The notes under the pieces were generated by a model. The model did no database searches. It was not told where the DNA came from and saw only the letters and a program-made list of their open reading frames with translations. The translations under genes and the position numbers were made by a program. This document shows, piece after piece, positions 39,806 through 50,200 of a stretch of DNA of 64,000 bases. Position 1 is the first letter of the stretch. Each line of letters opens with the position of its first letter. The stretch is from contig JACPNN010000013.1 of NCBI GenBank assembly GCA_016185435.1, positions 3,396 through 67,395 on the forward strand, written 5' to 3'. Source of the DNA: Candidatus Aenigmatarchaeota archaeon (GTDB taxonomy: Archaea > Aenigmatarchaeota > Aenigmatarchaeia > QMZP01).

Positions 39806-40462
39806 TCATCTGCCAGACAATATAGCATTCAGAGGGGCATTTTCTTTGATCACAACATAATTCCCCTTCGGAAACGACACAGTCTCAAGACTGAAATCCT
39901 TTGCCAACGGCCATCTTGCGATGTTGAACCCGAACCCCTTTTGTTGGAATTCCTCCAGGGCGTCCATCAGCGATCCGTCATAATAGAGGATGCCTTCCCC
40001 CATTGCCTTGGAAATGTCATAAAAATAATGAGCCCTAGGCCTTCTGTCAGGTCTGCTATAAGGCAATACATCAATCTGCTTCCCATCTAATCGTATGTTA
40101 CAGATAATATCCGAATCCGGATCTGTCAAGAAATTCTCAAAAGGGCACATGTCAAGGTGCGGATATTTTACTGCTTTGAATGATGTTCCTGATATAATTT
40201 TTCCGTTTTGGACATGCTTTCCGGAGTCAAGATTCCTCAATTTTTCCTCAATTTCTTCGTCGCCGAACTCCATCTGTTTGAGAGATGCTCTGCACTCATC
40301 AAGATAACGCATCCATCTCTCAGTGCCGAGTTCGATGAATATGATGCCTTCAATATAGCCCATTCTCTCTGAAGTCAGAAAACTCGCTAGGCTGGCCTCT
40401 TGCTGCACATAATTTGGAGGATTCCATACAGGGCCCTGCTTATTCACATAGAGATTCGCCAT
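39806..40462 (-). CDS. Hypothetical protein
   Basis: 218-aa ORF divergent from rnhB. Confidence 0.65.
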   Translation of the reverse strand: MANLYVNKQGPVWNPPNYVQQEASLASFLTSERMGYIEGIIFIELGTERWMRYLDECRASLKQMEFGDEEIEEKLRNLDSGKHVQNGKIISGTSFKAVKYPHLDMCPFENFLTDPDSDIICNIRLDGKQIDVLPYSRPDRRPRAHYFYDISKAMGEGILYYDGSLMDALEEFQQKGFGFNIARWPLAKDFSLETVSFPKGNYVVIKENAPLNAILSGR

Positions 40463-40511
40463 AGCATGCAGTTATGGAGCTAAACTTAAATAATGAGGCT
40501 AATTATTAGGG

Positions 40512-41219
40512 ATGTCTGAAATAGTTGCAGGCATAGACGAAGCAGGGAGAGGTGCAATAATAGGCCCCATGACCATCGCTGGTGTCAGCATTTCAAAGGA
40601 TAAGCTGCCCCTGCTTGAGAAACTGGGAGTAAAAGATTCAAAAGAGCTCAGCCATCCAAGAAGAATTAAACTGGCCATGCAGATAGAGAAGCTTGTCAAG
40701 GACATAGTGGTCATCAAGGTTGAGGCCTGCAGGATAGACAGCTATCGGAATTCCGGAACAAACCTGAACCAGATAGAGGCCAATAAGATGGTGGAAATTC
40801 TCGACATTATCAAGCCTGATGAGGCCATTATCGATTCTCCGGATGTCAACACAAATAAATTCAGATTGAGAATAGAAAATAAGCTCATGCACAAGTGCAG
40901 AGTGATAGCCGAGCACAAGGCCGACAAGAACCACAAGATTGTTTCAGCGGCCAGCATCATAGCGAAGGTCGAGAGGGAGAAGGCTATTGAAAAGCTGAAG
41001 AAGAAATACGGGGATTTCGGCCCCGGCTACACGAGCAATGAGATAACCATCAGGTGGCTGAAGGAATGGAAGGAGAAGCATAATGATTATCCGGACATAG
41101 TCAGGAAGACATGGATCACTGTAAGCAATATTGAGAGCCGGAAAAAGCAGAGCTTCCTTTCGAGGTTCCTTGGCCTCAGGAAGGATGAGTGCGGAGGAAG
41201 GGATGGCTTTGGGACATAA
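40512..41219 (+). CDS. rnhB: Ribonuclease HII
   Basis: GIDEAGRG, VKDSK, VSAASIIAK and PIP box QSFLSRF. Confidence 0.96.
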   Translation: MSEIVAGIDEAGRGAIIGPMTIAGVSISKDKLPLLEKLGVKDSKELSHPRRIKLAMQIEKLVKDIVVIKVEACRIDSYRNSGTNLNQIEANKMVEILDIIKPDEAIIDSPDVNTNKFRLRIENKLMHKCRVIAEHKADKNHKIVSAASIIAKVEREKAIEKLKKKYGDFGPGYTSNEITIRWLKEWKEKHNDYPDIVRKTWITVSNIESRKKQSFLSRFLGLRKDECGGRDGFGT

Positions 41220-41638
41220 TTGTCTATAGATAGCGGTTAAGAAAAGCGATATAAGAACCTGTCCGAAAACAATGAACCACAACGATGGCATATTCTGCGT
41301 TCTGCGAACAGACATACAGTGGAAAGCATTGCCCTGTTCCCCGGATGCACCAAGCACTATAGTGTTACCGGCAGCGGCAGCACAGATTTCTGCTGCCGGG
41401 TTTGCCAGGCTTTCAGGAACAATCAACGGTCAACTAGTCCATGACACAGGATTCGGGAATTTGGTTCTTCTGAAGCTCTTCTACATCAGAAAAGTCCCAC
41501 TGATCGAGGTCCGGCTTAAGTATCATGATAACTCCTTCAAAGGATTAGGATATCATAAACGAGGCGTCGCAACAAGAGCCACCGGCACGGGAAGTGCGGC
41601 AAGCTTTATAAATCCGAGTTGTATAAATCCATACAGCT

Positions 41639-41902
41639 ATGCCCAGCAAGATCCTGCACTATCCGCGCCTCGATACCGTGCTGATGGTAGAGCAGACCAT
41701 AAGAGAAGCGCCGGAATACCCGAGCAAGAAGCAGCTGTGGCTCTCCTTGCCCAAGAAGGTGCAGTACCAGACCTTCAAGCTGATTATTGATTACTTGCAG
41801 GAGAGCGGAAAGATTGTAATTCACAATGGCAAGATCGTCTGGGTCTGGGATCCGGAAAAGATAAAGCACTACCTGTCCCATCCTGAGCTGAGAGTGAGGT
41901 AA
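41639..41902 (+). CDS. Small winged-helix protein, possible antitoxin/regulator
   Basis: YPRLDTVLMVE...LPKKVQYQTFKLIIDYLQESGKI; TATA-like tttataaa upstream. Confidence 0.7.
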   Translation: MPSKILHYPRLDTVLMVEQTIREAPEYPSKKQLWLSLPKKVQYQTFKLIIDYLQESGKIVIHNGKIVWVWDPEKIKHYLSHPELRVR

Positions 41903-42018
41903 TGACCACAGGAATATTCTTTGCCGATGAGAAGGTGAAGGCCAGTTATGAAAAGCTCAAACAGGGATATGATGATGAGAAACCTTTTTCGATTGGTCTT
42001 GTATCAAAGACTCTTTGA
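41902..42018 (+). pseudogene. Truncated partner gene (possible RelE-like toxin N-terminus)
   Basis: TAATG-coupled ORF MTTGIFFADEKVKASYEKLKQGYDDEK ends after 38 aa. Confidence 0.35.
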
Positions 42019-42052
42019 ATCTTCTTTTCTGAACAAGTTCTGAAAATTCCAT

Positions 42053-42736
42053 TCACTTCTCGCTCAATGATTTATGGATATCGAGTCCCTGTGCTTTAGC
42101 CCACGGAAACATATCCCTCCTGAGCTTGGCCATTCGGTTATTGAAGCAGGCCGCTGCCTGCTTCGTATCCAACTTGCCTGTTGATGGCTGTATGAAAACA
42201 ATTCCTTCTGGAAACGCAATCTCGCCAGTTCTTCTTCTGATGAAAAGAGAGAATAAATCTTTCTCGAACCATTGCGATATGCTGTCAAAAGTTTTTGGAT
42301 ATTTCCCCCAGCTTTTGTAAGCCAAATGCTCTCTTGCATAAGTACTAAACGGCACCCATAAATGCCCTTCAATTTTTAACGGATTTCCATTGACCTTTTC
42401 TCCTATGAGTTCTCCAAACCACTGCCCGTCTGGCAAATCGCAATAGCCTTTGTCAAAAGACTCCAGCAATCCTTCCATGATATGTTTTTTTCCTTTTGAA
42501 AAAAACAACAGCCTGTTCATCCTATTCCAGACGCTTGCAATAGTGCCATTTTCTATCACAATTGATACATTAGTCCCGTCAAGCTTTTCTGTCGCCAAAA
42601 CACTATCATCATTAAAAACCCATTCATATCCCTCGGCTATTTTTGGCGTGACTACATACTGTCCGTTAATCATTTCTCTCGCGAATGGGGATTCCAATTT
42701 TGGCATGTCATGCGGTATTATTGGCATAGTCATCAT
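42053..42736 (-). CDS. ATP-dependent RNA ligase family protein (nucleotidyltransferase domain only)
   Basis: ATEKLDGTN (motif I), FGELIG, PEGIVF and MAKLRR (motif V). Confidence 0.8.
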   Translation of the reverse strand: MMTMPIIPHDMPKLESPFAREMINGQYVVTPKIAEGYEWVFNDDSVLATEKLDGTNVSIVIENGTIASVWNRMNRLLFFSKGKKHIMEGLLESFDKGYCDLPDGQWFGELIGEKVNGNPLKIEGHLWVPFSTYAREHLAYKSWGKYPKTFDSISQWFEKDLFSLFIRRRTGEIAFPEGIVFIQPSTGKLDTKQAAACFNNRMAKLRRDMFPWAKAQGLDIHKSLSEK

Positions 42737-42973
42737 CTGTCACGCATTAATTTATATATAATTCTGCTTTTATAGATTTTTTTACCAGAGTTAAAATAGA
42801 TTATTGGCTTCAGCAGCAACGCTATGAATTTCGCTTTTATTCTTTTTTTGGTCTGTTCACCGGTGATATAATTTATCTCGTCAGAATATGCCGGCTTAAA
42901 GCCAAAAACACGTTCACAATCGTTGCACAGGGGGCAAAGTCGGGAGGGGATATGCGACACCGTAGCCACTTAG

Positions 42974-43675
42974 TCAAGAGCACATAGTTGAATTGACAAG
43001 ATAACTGCTGGCGACTTTATCGGTCGCGAACCCGAACCGCAAGTACCAGTTGTTCGGCTTGCTATAACCAAGCTCGCAGGATGGATTCTCAGCTTCCCCA
43101 GTCTGAATCTTCTGAGCTACGGCTGCGGCCGCGTTAGCCTCATTTTTCTGTGTGGCCGACATGTACGAGGTGCACAATACGCGTTTACAATCCTGGACAG
43201 TGAGATTCGGACACTCTTGGTAGGAGGAGAGGGGTTCGGTCATAAAGCAGTAGATCCTATTCTCGCACACCTTGTATTCAAATGACCCAAATGATAGATT
43301 CGCCGTATAGTTTGCCCTTCCATCGCAATTCCAATCAAGTTGGGGATACTTCTGTCTCAGGCCAAAGTATGTCTCGCAGAATTCGGCAGCCTTCGCTGGT
43401 TTGTCTGCCGGGCTCGCATTCATGTAGCTGTTGCAAAGAATCCTGCACGTGTCTCTGAATGCCTCCCTTAGAAAGCAGTTGGTCGGGTATGTCGGAGTGG
43501 GTGCAGGCTCAGATCGCTGGGGCACCGAAGAAACGCTTGGCAGAGGCAGATCGGGTACATCATTCTTGGTTGTGTATGTGAAAAAGCTAATGGTTAGGAT
43601 AGCCCCCAAGGTCACAATCACTGCCGTAAGTACCAATGCCCAATTAGCAAGCGCCCGGAGACTGTGATCCTCCAT
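42974..43675 (-). CDS. Membrane-anchored cysteine-rich exported protein
   Basis: N-terminal TM helix, Pro-rich linker and about 10 Cys; start MEDHS. Confidence 0.65.
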   Translation of the reverse strand: MEDHSLRALANWALVLTAVIVTLGAILTISFFTYTTKNDVPDLPLPSVSSVPQRSEPAPTPTYPTNCFLREAFRDTCRILCNSYMNASPADKPAKAAEFCETYFGLRQKYPQLDWNCDGRANYTANLSFGSFEYKVCENRIYCFMTEPLSSYQECPNLTVQDCKRVLCTSYMSATQKNEANAAAAVAQKIQTGEAENPSCELGYSKPNNWYLRFGFATDKVASSYLVNSTMCS

Positions 43676-43893
43676 CCCATCCGCTAATAATGATTGGATC
43701 GCATCTATATAAGTTGCACAGGTGGTAAAGCCAGGAGGTGGCATGCGGCATTTTGATGGCATCATGTTCTTCCGCAATTTCATCAAAGCACACTGGGCCC
43801 TTGGCGAAAAAGGAGATCAGGCTGGTGGTAAGGGATTTGTACGGCATTCCTGAAAGGGCATTCGCATGGAGGCTCAGATGATGAGAAATCGGT

Positions 43894-44172
43894 TTATTCA
43901 ATAGCCTTCGGCCCCTTGAAATATCCTTTCTCCCTGTTCCTGGCATTTTCCAGGGCCTCTTCCTGTGAAAGGCCTTTGCTGACAACGTCTTCCCTCATTG
44001 AATCCTTCAGTTCCACCGGATGGTAGGCAGGCCTTGCTTTGGGATCTGCCTTCTGGAGGATCCTGAATGAATCCAGTATGCTTTCCAGGTCTTTTGCAAA
44101 GGCCTGCTCTTCTTCCCTGGTAAGCTTGAGCCTCGCTATCTTCGCCACTTTCCTGATTACTTCCTCATCCAT
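43894..44172 (-). CDS. gatC: Asp/Glu-tRNA amidotransferase subunit C
   Basis: IRKVAKIARLKL, MREDVV and GYFKGPK. Confidence 0.9.
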   Translation of the reverse strand: MDEEVIRKVAKIARLKLTREEEQAFAKDLESILDSFRILQKADPKARPAYHPVELKDSMREDVVSKGLSQEEALENARNREKGYFKGPKAIE

Positions 44173-44200
44173 GTTCAACATTTCCTTATTGCCCGGCCGG

Positions 44201-45457
44201 TTAAAATGCTTTCCGGGATATGAAGTCGCCTGTCCTTTTCGCTCCCTTTCCCCTGCCGGTTTTTTCTGCAGGCCTTTCCAGCTGCTTCTTTGCGTTTCTC
44301 CTTGAAAACTCCTCAACCATTTCCATCGCATCCTTCTCCTTCCCTTCGCAAAGGAGGTCGAAGATTGTCTCGAATATCTCCGGCTCCAGGCCCCTGTCTG
44401 ACAGACCTGCCCTTAATATGCCTTTCCCCAGTTCTGTGACGGATGGCATCTCAAGCTGCATTTTTTCTCCCTGAATGCTGTCAGCCATTTCTCTCCTGAA
44501 GGATATTATGGCGTCCTTTGAGTACTTTTCCGCTATGAGCTGCAAAAAATCATTTTTTGAGCTGTGCCTTATCCTTATCAGGGGCTTTTTATCATGCTTC
44601 TTCTCCAGTATTTGCCCGATAAACTCTTCGATGCTATTCCTTTCTGCCTGGCCTGCATCAAGGAAATAAGTCCTCCTCTGCTTCTCAAAAGAAACGTAGT
44701 TCAGGCTGCTTTCCCGGGTGTCGAGAAGCCAGATGCCCTTCATCTCCTCTGCCTTCTTGTCAAGCTTGGTCGCTATGGTGGAGCCTGATATCAATAGGGT
44801 GGATCCATTCTTTCCGGCCCTTTCCATATGCTTCTCGTGTATATCGCCGTCTATCAAGATGTCAAACCCTTTGGGCACGTTCGTCAGCTTGAGCGGCCTG
44901 TGGCCAAAGGCAAAGCCTTCAATTATCTGGTGCATCAGCAGCACATTGTAGCAGCCTTCTGCCGGTTTGGGGTCCCATTGTCTGAGTATTTCAGGAAGAT
45001 AAGCGTCTGGTACAGCAGACAGGCCCTGGACTGCAACCCTTTCCCCGTCCTTTTCCAGGATTGCGCCATTGGCATGGAGATGGATAAGGAAGCCCGCCTT
45101 CTCCATGGCCTGGACAGGATTCAGCAGGCCTCTCGCCCGCCTCTCATGGTTGCCGTGCAGGGCAAGGATAGGGATGCCCATCAGGCACAGCGGATTGAGC
45201 TTTTCCATGTCCTTTCCGATCCCCTTTATCGAACCAGTCCTGTTTTCTGAAAGATGGGCCTTAACCATGCATTCAATGGCCCTCGAAAAGGTTTCAGCAT
45301 CAGGGTGCTGGCTGTCGAATATGTCCCCTGCTATCAGTATGGCGTCGCACTCAAGGCTTTTTTCAATGGCCTCCTCAAACGCTTCGAATGCATCCTGATA
45401 CCTGCCCTCCAGCCTTCCGAAGCCGAGGTGGGTGTCAGAGAAGATTGCAAGCTTCAT
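44201..45457 (-). CDS. mre11: DNA double-strand break repair nuclease Mre11
   Basis: SDTHLG, AGDIFD, HGNHE and GDIHE phosphoesterase motifs. Confidence 0.88.
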   Translation of the reverse strand: MKLAIFSDTHLGFGRLEGRYQDAFEAFEEAIEKSLECDAILIAGDIFDSQHPDAETFSRAIECMVKAHLSENRTGSIKGIGKDMEKLNPLCLMGIPILALHGNHERRARGLLNPVQAMEKAGFLIHLHANGAILEKDGERVAVQGLSAVPDAYLPEILRQWDPKPAEGCYNVLLMHQIIEGFAFGHRPLKLTNVPKGFDILIDGDIHEKHMERAGKNGSTLLISGSTIATKLDKKAEEMKGIWLLDTRESSLNYVSFEKQRRTYFLDAGQAERNSIEEFIGQILEKKHDKKPLIRIRHSSKNDFLQLIAEKYSKDAIISFRREMADSIQGEKMQLEMPSVTELGKGILRAGLSDRGLEPEIFETIFDLLCEGKEKDAMEMVEEFSRRNAKKQLERPAEKTGRGKGAKRTGDFISRKAF

Positions 45458-45509
45458 GATGAATGGCTGTTTTTTAGGCATTTAAATGCTTATCTGGCAA
45501 TAACCAATC

Positions 45510-45815
45510 ATGAAAAAGTTCGATTTGTCTGGGAAACAAGATAAACTTGAAGACAGGAAACTCAGATTAACCGATGGGCTCTATGTGCCTTTTGAAGGGA
45601 GCGAAGTTCATCTCTATGATTATGATGGCTATGCAGGGAGCGCAACCCCCACTTATAAGCAAGACAGATTGGATGTCGGACTGATAAGAGCTGACCATTA
45701 TGGTAGAATAGGTTATTACAGAATAAACAGACCTGATTTATTGATTAACGGCGGCTCAGTTTTAACAATATTGGATGTTGAAGTTAGTGACGAAACTGTT
45801 CCCAGGAGTTATTAA
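45510..45815 (+). CDS. Hypothetical protein
   Basis: 101-aa ORF divergent from mre11. Confidence 0.55.
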   Translation: MKKFDLSGKQDKLEDRKLRLTDGLYVPFEGSEVHLYDYDGYAGSATPTYKQDRLDVGLIRADHYGRIGYYRINRPDLLINGGSVLTILDVEVSDETVPRSY

Positions 45816-45870
45816 ATTCTTGCTGCGGGCCCTTGATGTTAAGGAGATATTGGCGATAGCTTTGAATATA

Positions 45871-46518
45871 TTACTGAACCAATCTTGCATTTTCATCTCC
45901 GTGAAAATGTAGACCGTGATCATTAATAATAAGGGCTCTTAAACTCGCTTTTGAATATGGGTCAGAAGAAAAAATGGCCTTTTCTATTTCCTGCTCTGCC
46001 GCTCTATGAGAGGCTTCGACTGACTCTTTGGTGCTGTCCCCTCTAATCAAATGTAATGGGACCAAGTTTGATGTTTCCATAACAGGTCTGGATACAGGAT
46101 CATTAAGAGGCTGTGAATATTTTTCATTCTGGTACGCATTCCAAAAATTGGATTTATAGCCAATAAAACACTGGCAATTGTGCGTGCTTACTGCCTTTTC
46201 ACCGAGTTCAGTAGCGGAGTTACATGAACGAACGAAGCTAATGGTATCTGTAAATACATGGGCTTCACTTAAAGTTATAGCTGCGCATTTATCATTTCCA
46301 TAGAATACTGTGTTATTTCCGTGGCCGTTCAAAAAAACAAAGTCAGGTTTAAGAGCTTCCATGCAAGATAGTATTTTGCCCTTTAATGCTTTTACTCCAT
46401 CTATTTTTGTCACTCGGAAACCTTTGTTTTCCGCTTCATTGATCACAGGAATTGACCAATGAAACATGTAATGGGTGATTGCATCATGGTCTGTTCTAAC
46501 TACTAACATTTTTTTCAT
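45871..46518 (-). CDS. Caspase/gingipain-fold (clan CD) peptidase-like protein
   Basis: FVFLNGHGN, FVRSCNSA and CFIGY; start MKKMLV. Confidence 0.65.
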   Translation of the reverse strand: MKKMLVVRTDHDAITHYMFHWSIPVINEAENKGFRVTKIDGVKALKGKILSCMEALKPDFVFLNGHGNNTVFYGNDKCAAITLSEAHVFTDTISFVRSCNSATELGEKAVSTHNCQCFIGYKSNFWNAYQNEKYSQPLNDPVSRPVMETSNLVPLHLIRGDSTKESVEASHRAAEQEIEKAIFSSDPYSKASLRALIINDHGLHFHGDENARLVQ

Positions 46519-46747
46519 GTCTCTCCGCAATCTTTCTAGAAATAATTGGCATTTGCTGGATGAATAATATTTCCATCTCAACGGCTGCATTCCCCACATC
46601 GGTGCCATTCTTTATTTCCTCGATTAACTGATTACGAGTGAAACCTCCGTATGTCCCAATAGAAAAACTGACGTTTGAGGGTACCTGTGTTAATCTGATA
46701 ATTGCAAGCTCCCTGATATCCTTATCGAATTTCATACTCATATCCAC
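46496..46747 (-). CDS. Small hypothetical protein (operon with caspase-fold gene)
   Basis: Overlaps the downstream gene; SIG..GGFTRNQLIEEIKNGTDVG. Confidence 0.7.
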   Translation of the reverse strand: MDMSMKFDKDIRELAIIRLTQVPSNVSFSIGTYGGFTRNQLIEEIKNGTDVGNAAVEMEILFIQQMPIISRKIAERHEKNVSS

Positions 46748-46748
46748 A

Positions 46749-46982
46749 TCATTCTTTTATTACATTTATTTTTTTAAGCTGTCTCAGTATATCAATTGAA
46801 TTCTTACCATCGTTTCTGATTTCGATATATGCAGATTCCCACGTAAATGGCTGGCCATTTACAACCGCGATAGTTTCACCCCTCAATGGAGCCGGAACGG
46901 CAGCAAATGTTTTGAAAAAAGCTGCTTGAAGTTTCTCATATGCAGCTTTACCCATACGACTGCCATCAGACATCTCACTCAT
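46749..46982 (-). CDS. Small hypothetical protein (operon with caspase-fold gene)
   Basis: PFTWESAYIEIRNDGKNSIDIL; abuts the next ORF. Confidence 0.65.
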   Translation of the reverse strand: MSEMSDGSRMGKAAYEKLQAAFFKTFAAVPAPLRGETIAVVNGQPFTWESAYIEIRNDGKNSIDILRQLKKINVIKE

Positions 46983-47042
46983 TAAATAATATAATGGAAT
47001 ATCATATAAATAAGAACTTTCGTAATATAGATGTAAACCAAG

Positions 47043-47222
47043 GCCGAGATAGCCGAGAAGCTCGGCATCTGCACGGCGTCCGTAATCCACTACACTAAGG
47101 ATATGCCCGGAAGACGAGGCAACCCGAGACTCGGCGGCAATTCCTTACGCCTCCTGAAGGAGCTTATGGAGAAGGGATACTACATCCAGAAGGGCGAGGG
47201 CTACATGACGCAGCATTGGTAG
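47043..47222 (+). pseudogene. HTH gene remnant lacking a start
   Basis: AEIAEKLGICTASVIHY...LRLLKELMEKGYY; in-frame stop just upstream at an AT/GC junction. Confidence 0.5.
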
Positions 47223-47281
47223 ATTTTTTCATTCGGAACTACTGAGGCTCCATGCCCAACGCGGATGCTCAATACTTCCAT

Positions 47282-50200
47282 TTATCCTTCAGCTCTTCTA
47301 TGCGTGGCTGAAAAGTACAATACGCAGCAGACGGCAGCTATCAGGGCCAGCCATTCCAGAGTCAGCTCTGAAAAGCCTACAGGGGGGGAAATGATGACTG
47401 TCATGGTGTCTGAATCCTCATCCCCTAGGACGCTGTATGCGGACAGGTCAAGCCTGTAGCTCCCGGGCTCGGAGGAATAGATGTCGACATATACGGCCTT
47501 TTCCTCCCCTAGCCGGAGGGCCGCAGTTGCCTGCGAGCCGTCGCCGGATACTTCAACGCCGTCAGTGGGCCTCTGCCTGCTGAAGCCTGCCTGCCTGTAG
47601 CCGTCGAGCTTCAGGTATATGGTTGCATTGCTTTCCTTCAGGTTCCTTGCAAGAACCTTCGTCTGCTGCTTTCCGCCGAGATTCAGCTGGACAGCCCTTT
47701 CGGCAAAGTTTGCCAGCGGGTGCCTTACAAAGAACATCCAGCCGCTGGAAAATGAATTTTCGGCCTTGTCGGTCACATCTATCTTGGCCTTCGCCTGCCC
47801 TTTCAGGCTGAGATTGAGGCTTATGCTGCAGTTGCTCCACTGCATCACACCTGAGGCAGGGCATTCCTTCTCTACGCGCCTCTCCCCTCCTCCATCATCG
47901 ACAAAGGCCTCTATCCTGTTGCTCATGATGCCGGATGTGTTGTCGATTGCGCCTGAAAATATGTCAATCCCTCTCAGCTCGCCCTTGATCACGCCGGGGC
48001 TCAGGGCAGTTCCGTTCTGGTTGTACAGGCCGATGGACAGGTTTGGCCGGATGAAATCTGCCTGGAATTCCAGCAGCCTTATCTTGTCCGCGCTCTTGCC
48101 CGGATTCGGCCACTCCTCCTGGCCGCCGGTATGGGTCGCTGACAGCATGAGCCTGTATGTCTTCCCGTGCGAGATGCCATCCGCCAGCCTGAAAAGGGCT
48201 TTCCTGTCGGTCAGGCATGTCTGCCCGCCGCTGGAAAGGCCCGGCCAGAGGGCCGGATCATAGGCGACAAGCCCGCCCGAGCTGACATTGTACTTGATAT
48301 TGAAGCAGATGATGCCAAGGCCCATAGACCCGAAGCTTATTCTGACGCCGCTGCTTGTGACGTGAGAAGAATTGATATAGGCAGGCAGGGGGCGGAAATA
48401 TGAGGAATTCAGGAACATGACCTTTGAGCTGGCATAGCCGTAATCGCCCTTGTTTCCAGCATAGTCGGTTGCCATGCATCTGAATTCCAGCGTGTCCTCC
48501 TTTGTCCCCTGGTAGGGGATTGTCACAGAGCCTCCGGTTGTTGAGTTGGGAGCGGCCGGAGACCACTGCGAAGTCGAGTTCCTGTATTCAAGGCTGCCTT
48601 CCCTGACGCCTGAGCCGCCGTCCGCCAGGGACCATGAAACTTCAACATTGGTGCCGGTGTAAGGCCCGACATCTATTGAGCAGCCCGGCTTTCCTGTGTC
48701 CACAGCCACGCCTTTGGGGAAGCTGAAAGAGGATGCCATGCCCTTCTTCGATATGCCTCTTGCCCTGAACTCGTAGATCCTGCCATCGAAAACTGTTTCG
48801 GCTTCGAGATTGCCGAAGATGGCCGACGCCTGCCTTGTGATGAGCCATCTTTCCCAGTCATGGAGAAGAACAGTTGAGACATTGCCTTTCAGCTCTGGGA
48901 AGGCCGGCTTCTCTATTGTCACATTGTATGTCCTGTACTGGACCTCATATGCGTCAAGGTCGCTCATATTGGCCGACCATGAGACATTGAAGGCGGTGAT
49001 GTTGGTGAACCATCTGCCGGACAAGGATGAATAAAAGGACGGGGTTATGCTTATGATGCCCGAACTAGTCACCAAAGGGCTGCTGATTGTCACATTGATT
49101 ATGCTGTCCATGTTCGCGCTCGCCAGGCCGAGGCTGTCCACCGCCATGACCGAGGCTGTATATGTTCCCGGATATGCGTATGTGTGGTATATTGTGGGCT
49201 GGATGGTTATCATTGTGATGCTGTCCCCGAAATTCCATAAGTAGGAGACTATGGAATCATTGTCCGGATCATAAGAGCCTGCGGCTGAGAACAATATTGC
49301 CAGGACAGTGCTTGCAGCCTGCGGCTCCGCGCTTATTCTGGCCACAGGTGGGCTGTTGTTTATGACCAGAAGGGTGGAATTCGCATATGGTGACCAGGAG
49401 TTGCTGTCATCCCTGACCCTGAAAAGGACGGTATAATTTCCCGGGGAAAAATCAGACCTGACAAATGAAGACTGGTTGGAGGCAATGCTTCCGTTTATTG
49501 TCCATTCATAAGCGGCGATGATGCCCTCAAAATCATAGCCTGAGCCTGAAAAGCTGACAGTCTGGTTCGGGTTGGCGACGGATGGGAAGATACGGTCGAT
49601 GCTTGCAATGGGCGGGGAATTGCCTCCAACGCTGAGCGTAGCGTTAGTAGGCGCAGACCATAGGCCAAGATTGTCCCTGACCCTGAAAAGGACAGTGTAG
49701 TAGCCGGGAGAAATGTCGGCCCTGATGAAGGAGCTTTCAGAAGATATGGCTGTTCCGTTTATGGCCCACTCATAAGCGGCAATTGTGCCGTCTGTGTCAG
49801 TCCCTGATCCGGTGAAATTGACGGCCTGGCCCTGCGCGGCCGGATTCGGGGATATAAGAATTATAGCGGCCTCTGGCGGCGAATTCGCAGCAGGCTGCTC
49901 GCTCCCCATGGATACTGACGGCTCTGAAGTTGCATACTTCCTGACAAACAGCCAGTCAATATCTGTCGTTGCGTAATAGTATACCCACAGCCTGACATGC
50001 TTGCTGGCAAGAGCTGGAGCTGCATTTGACAGGCTCGCCTTTTCTGAACCGTCAATAAACAGCTTTGCGTTTTCTGAAATGTGCCACAAAAAACGCTTCG
50101 GCGTAGAGAAATCGAAAGTAAAGGCAGGCGATGTGCTGACACTGTTTACTGTGAAGACTATCTTATTGTCGAATTTCGACATGAAAATCCCGTTATTGGC

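Noticed and set aside
41220-41600. ORFs 41272-41790 (+) and 40944-41426 (-)
   Set aside because: No recognisable motifs and both overlap better-supported genes; the region may be a decayed gene but no call can be supported
42134-42172. Canonical BHB mRNA intron in the RNA ligase
   Set aside because: The best BHB-like register removes 35 nt and breaks the frame; kept only as a hairpin insertion
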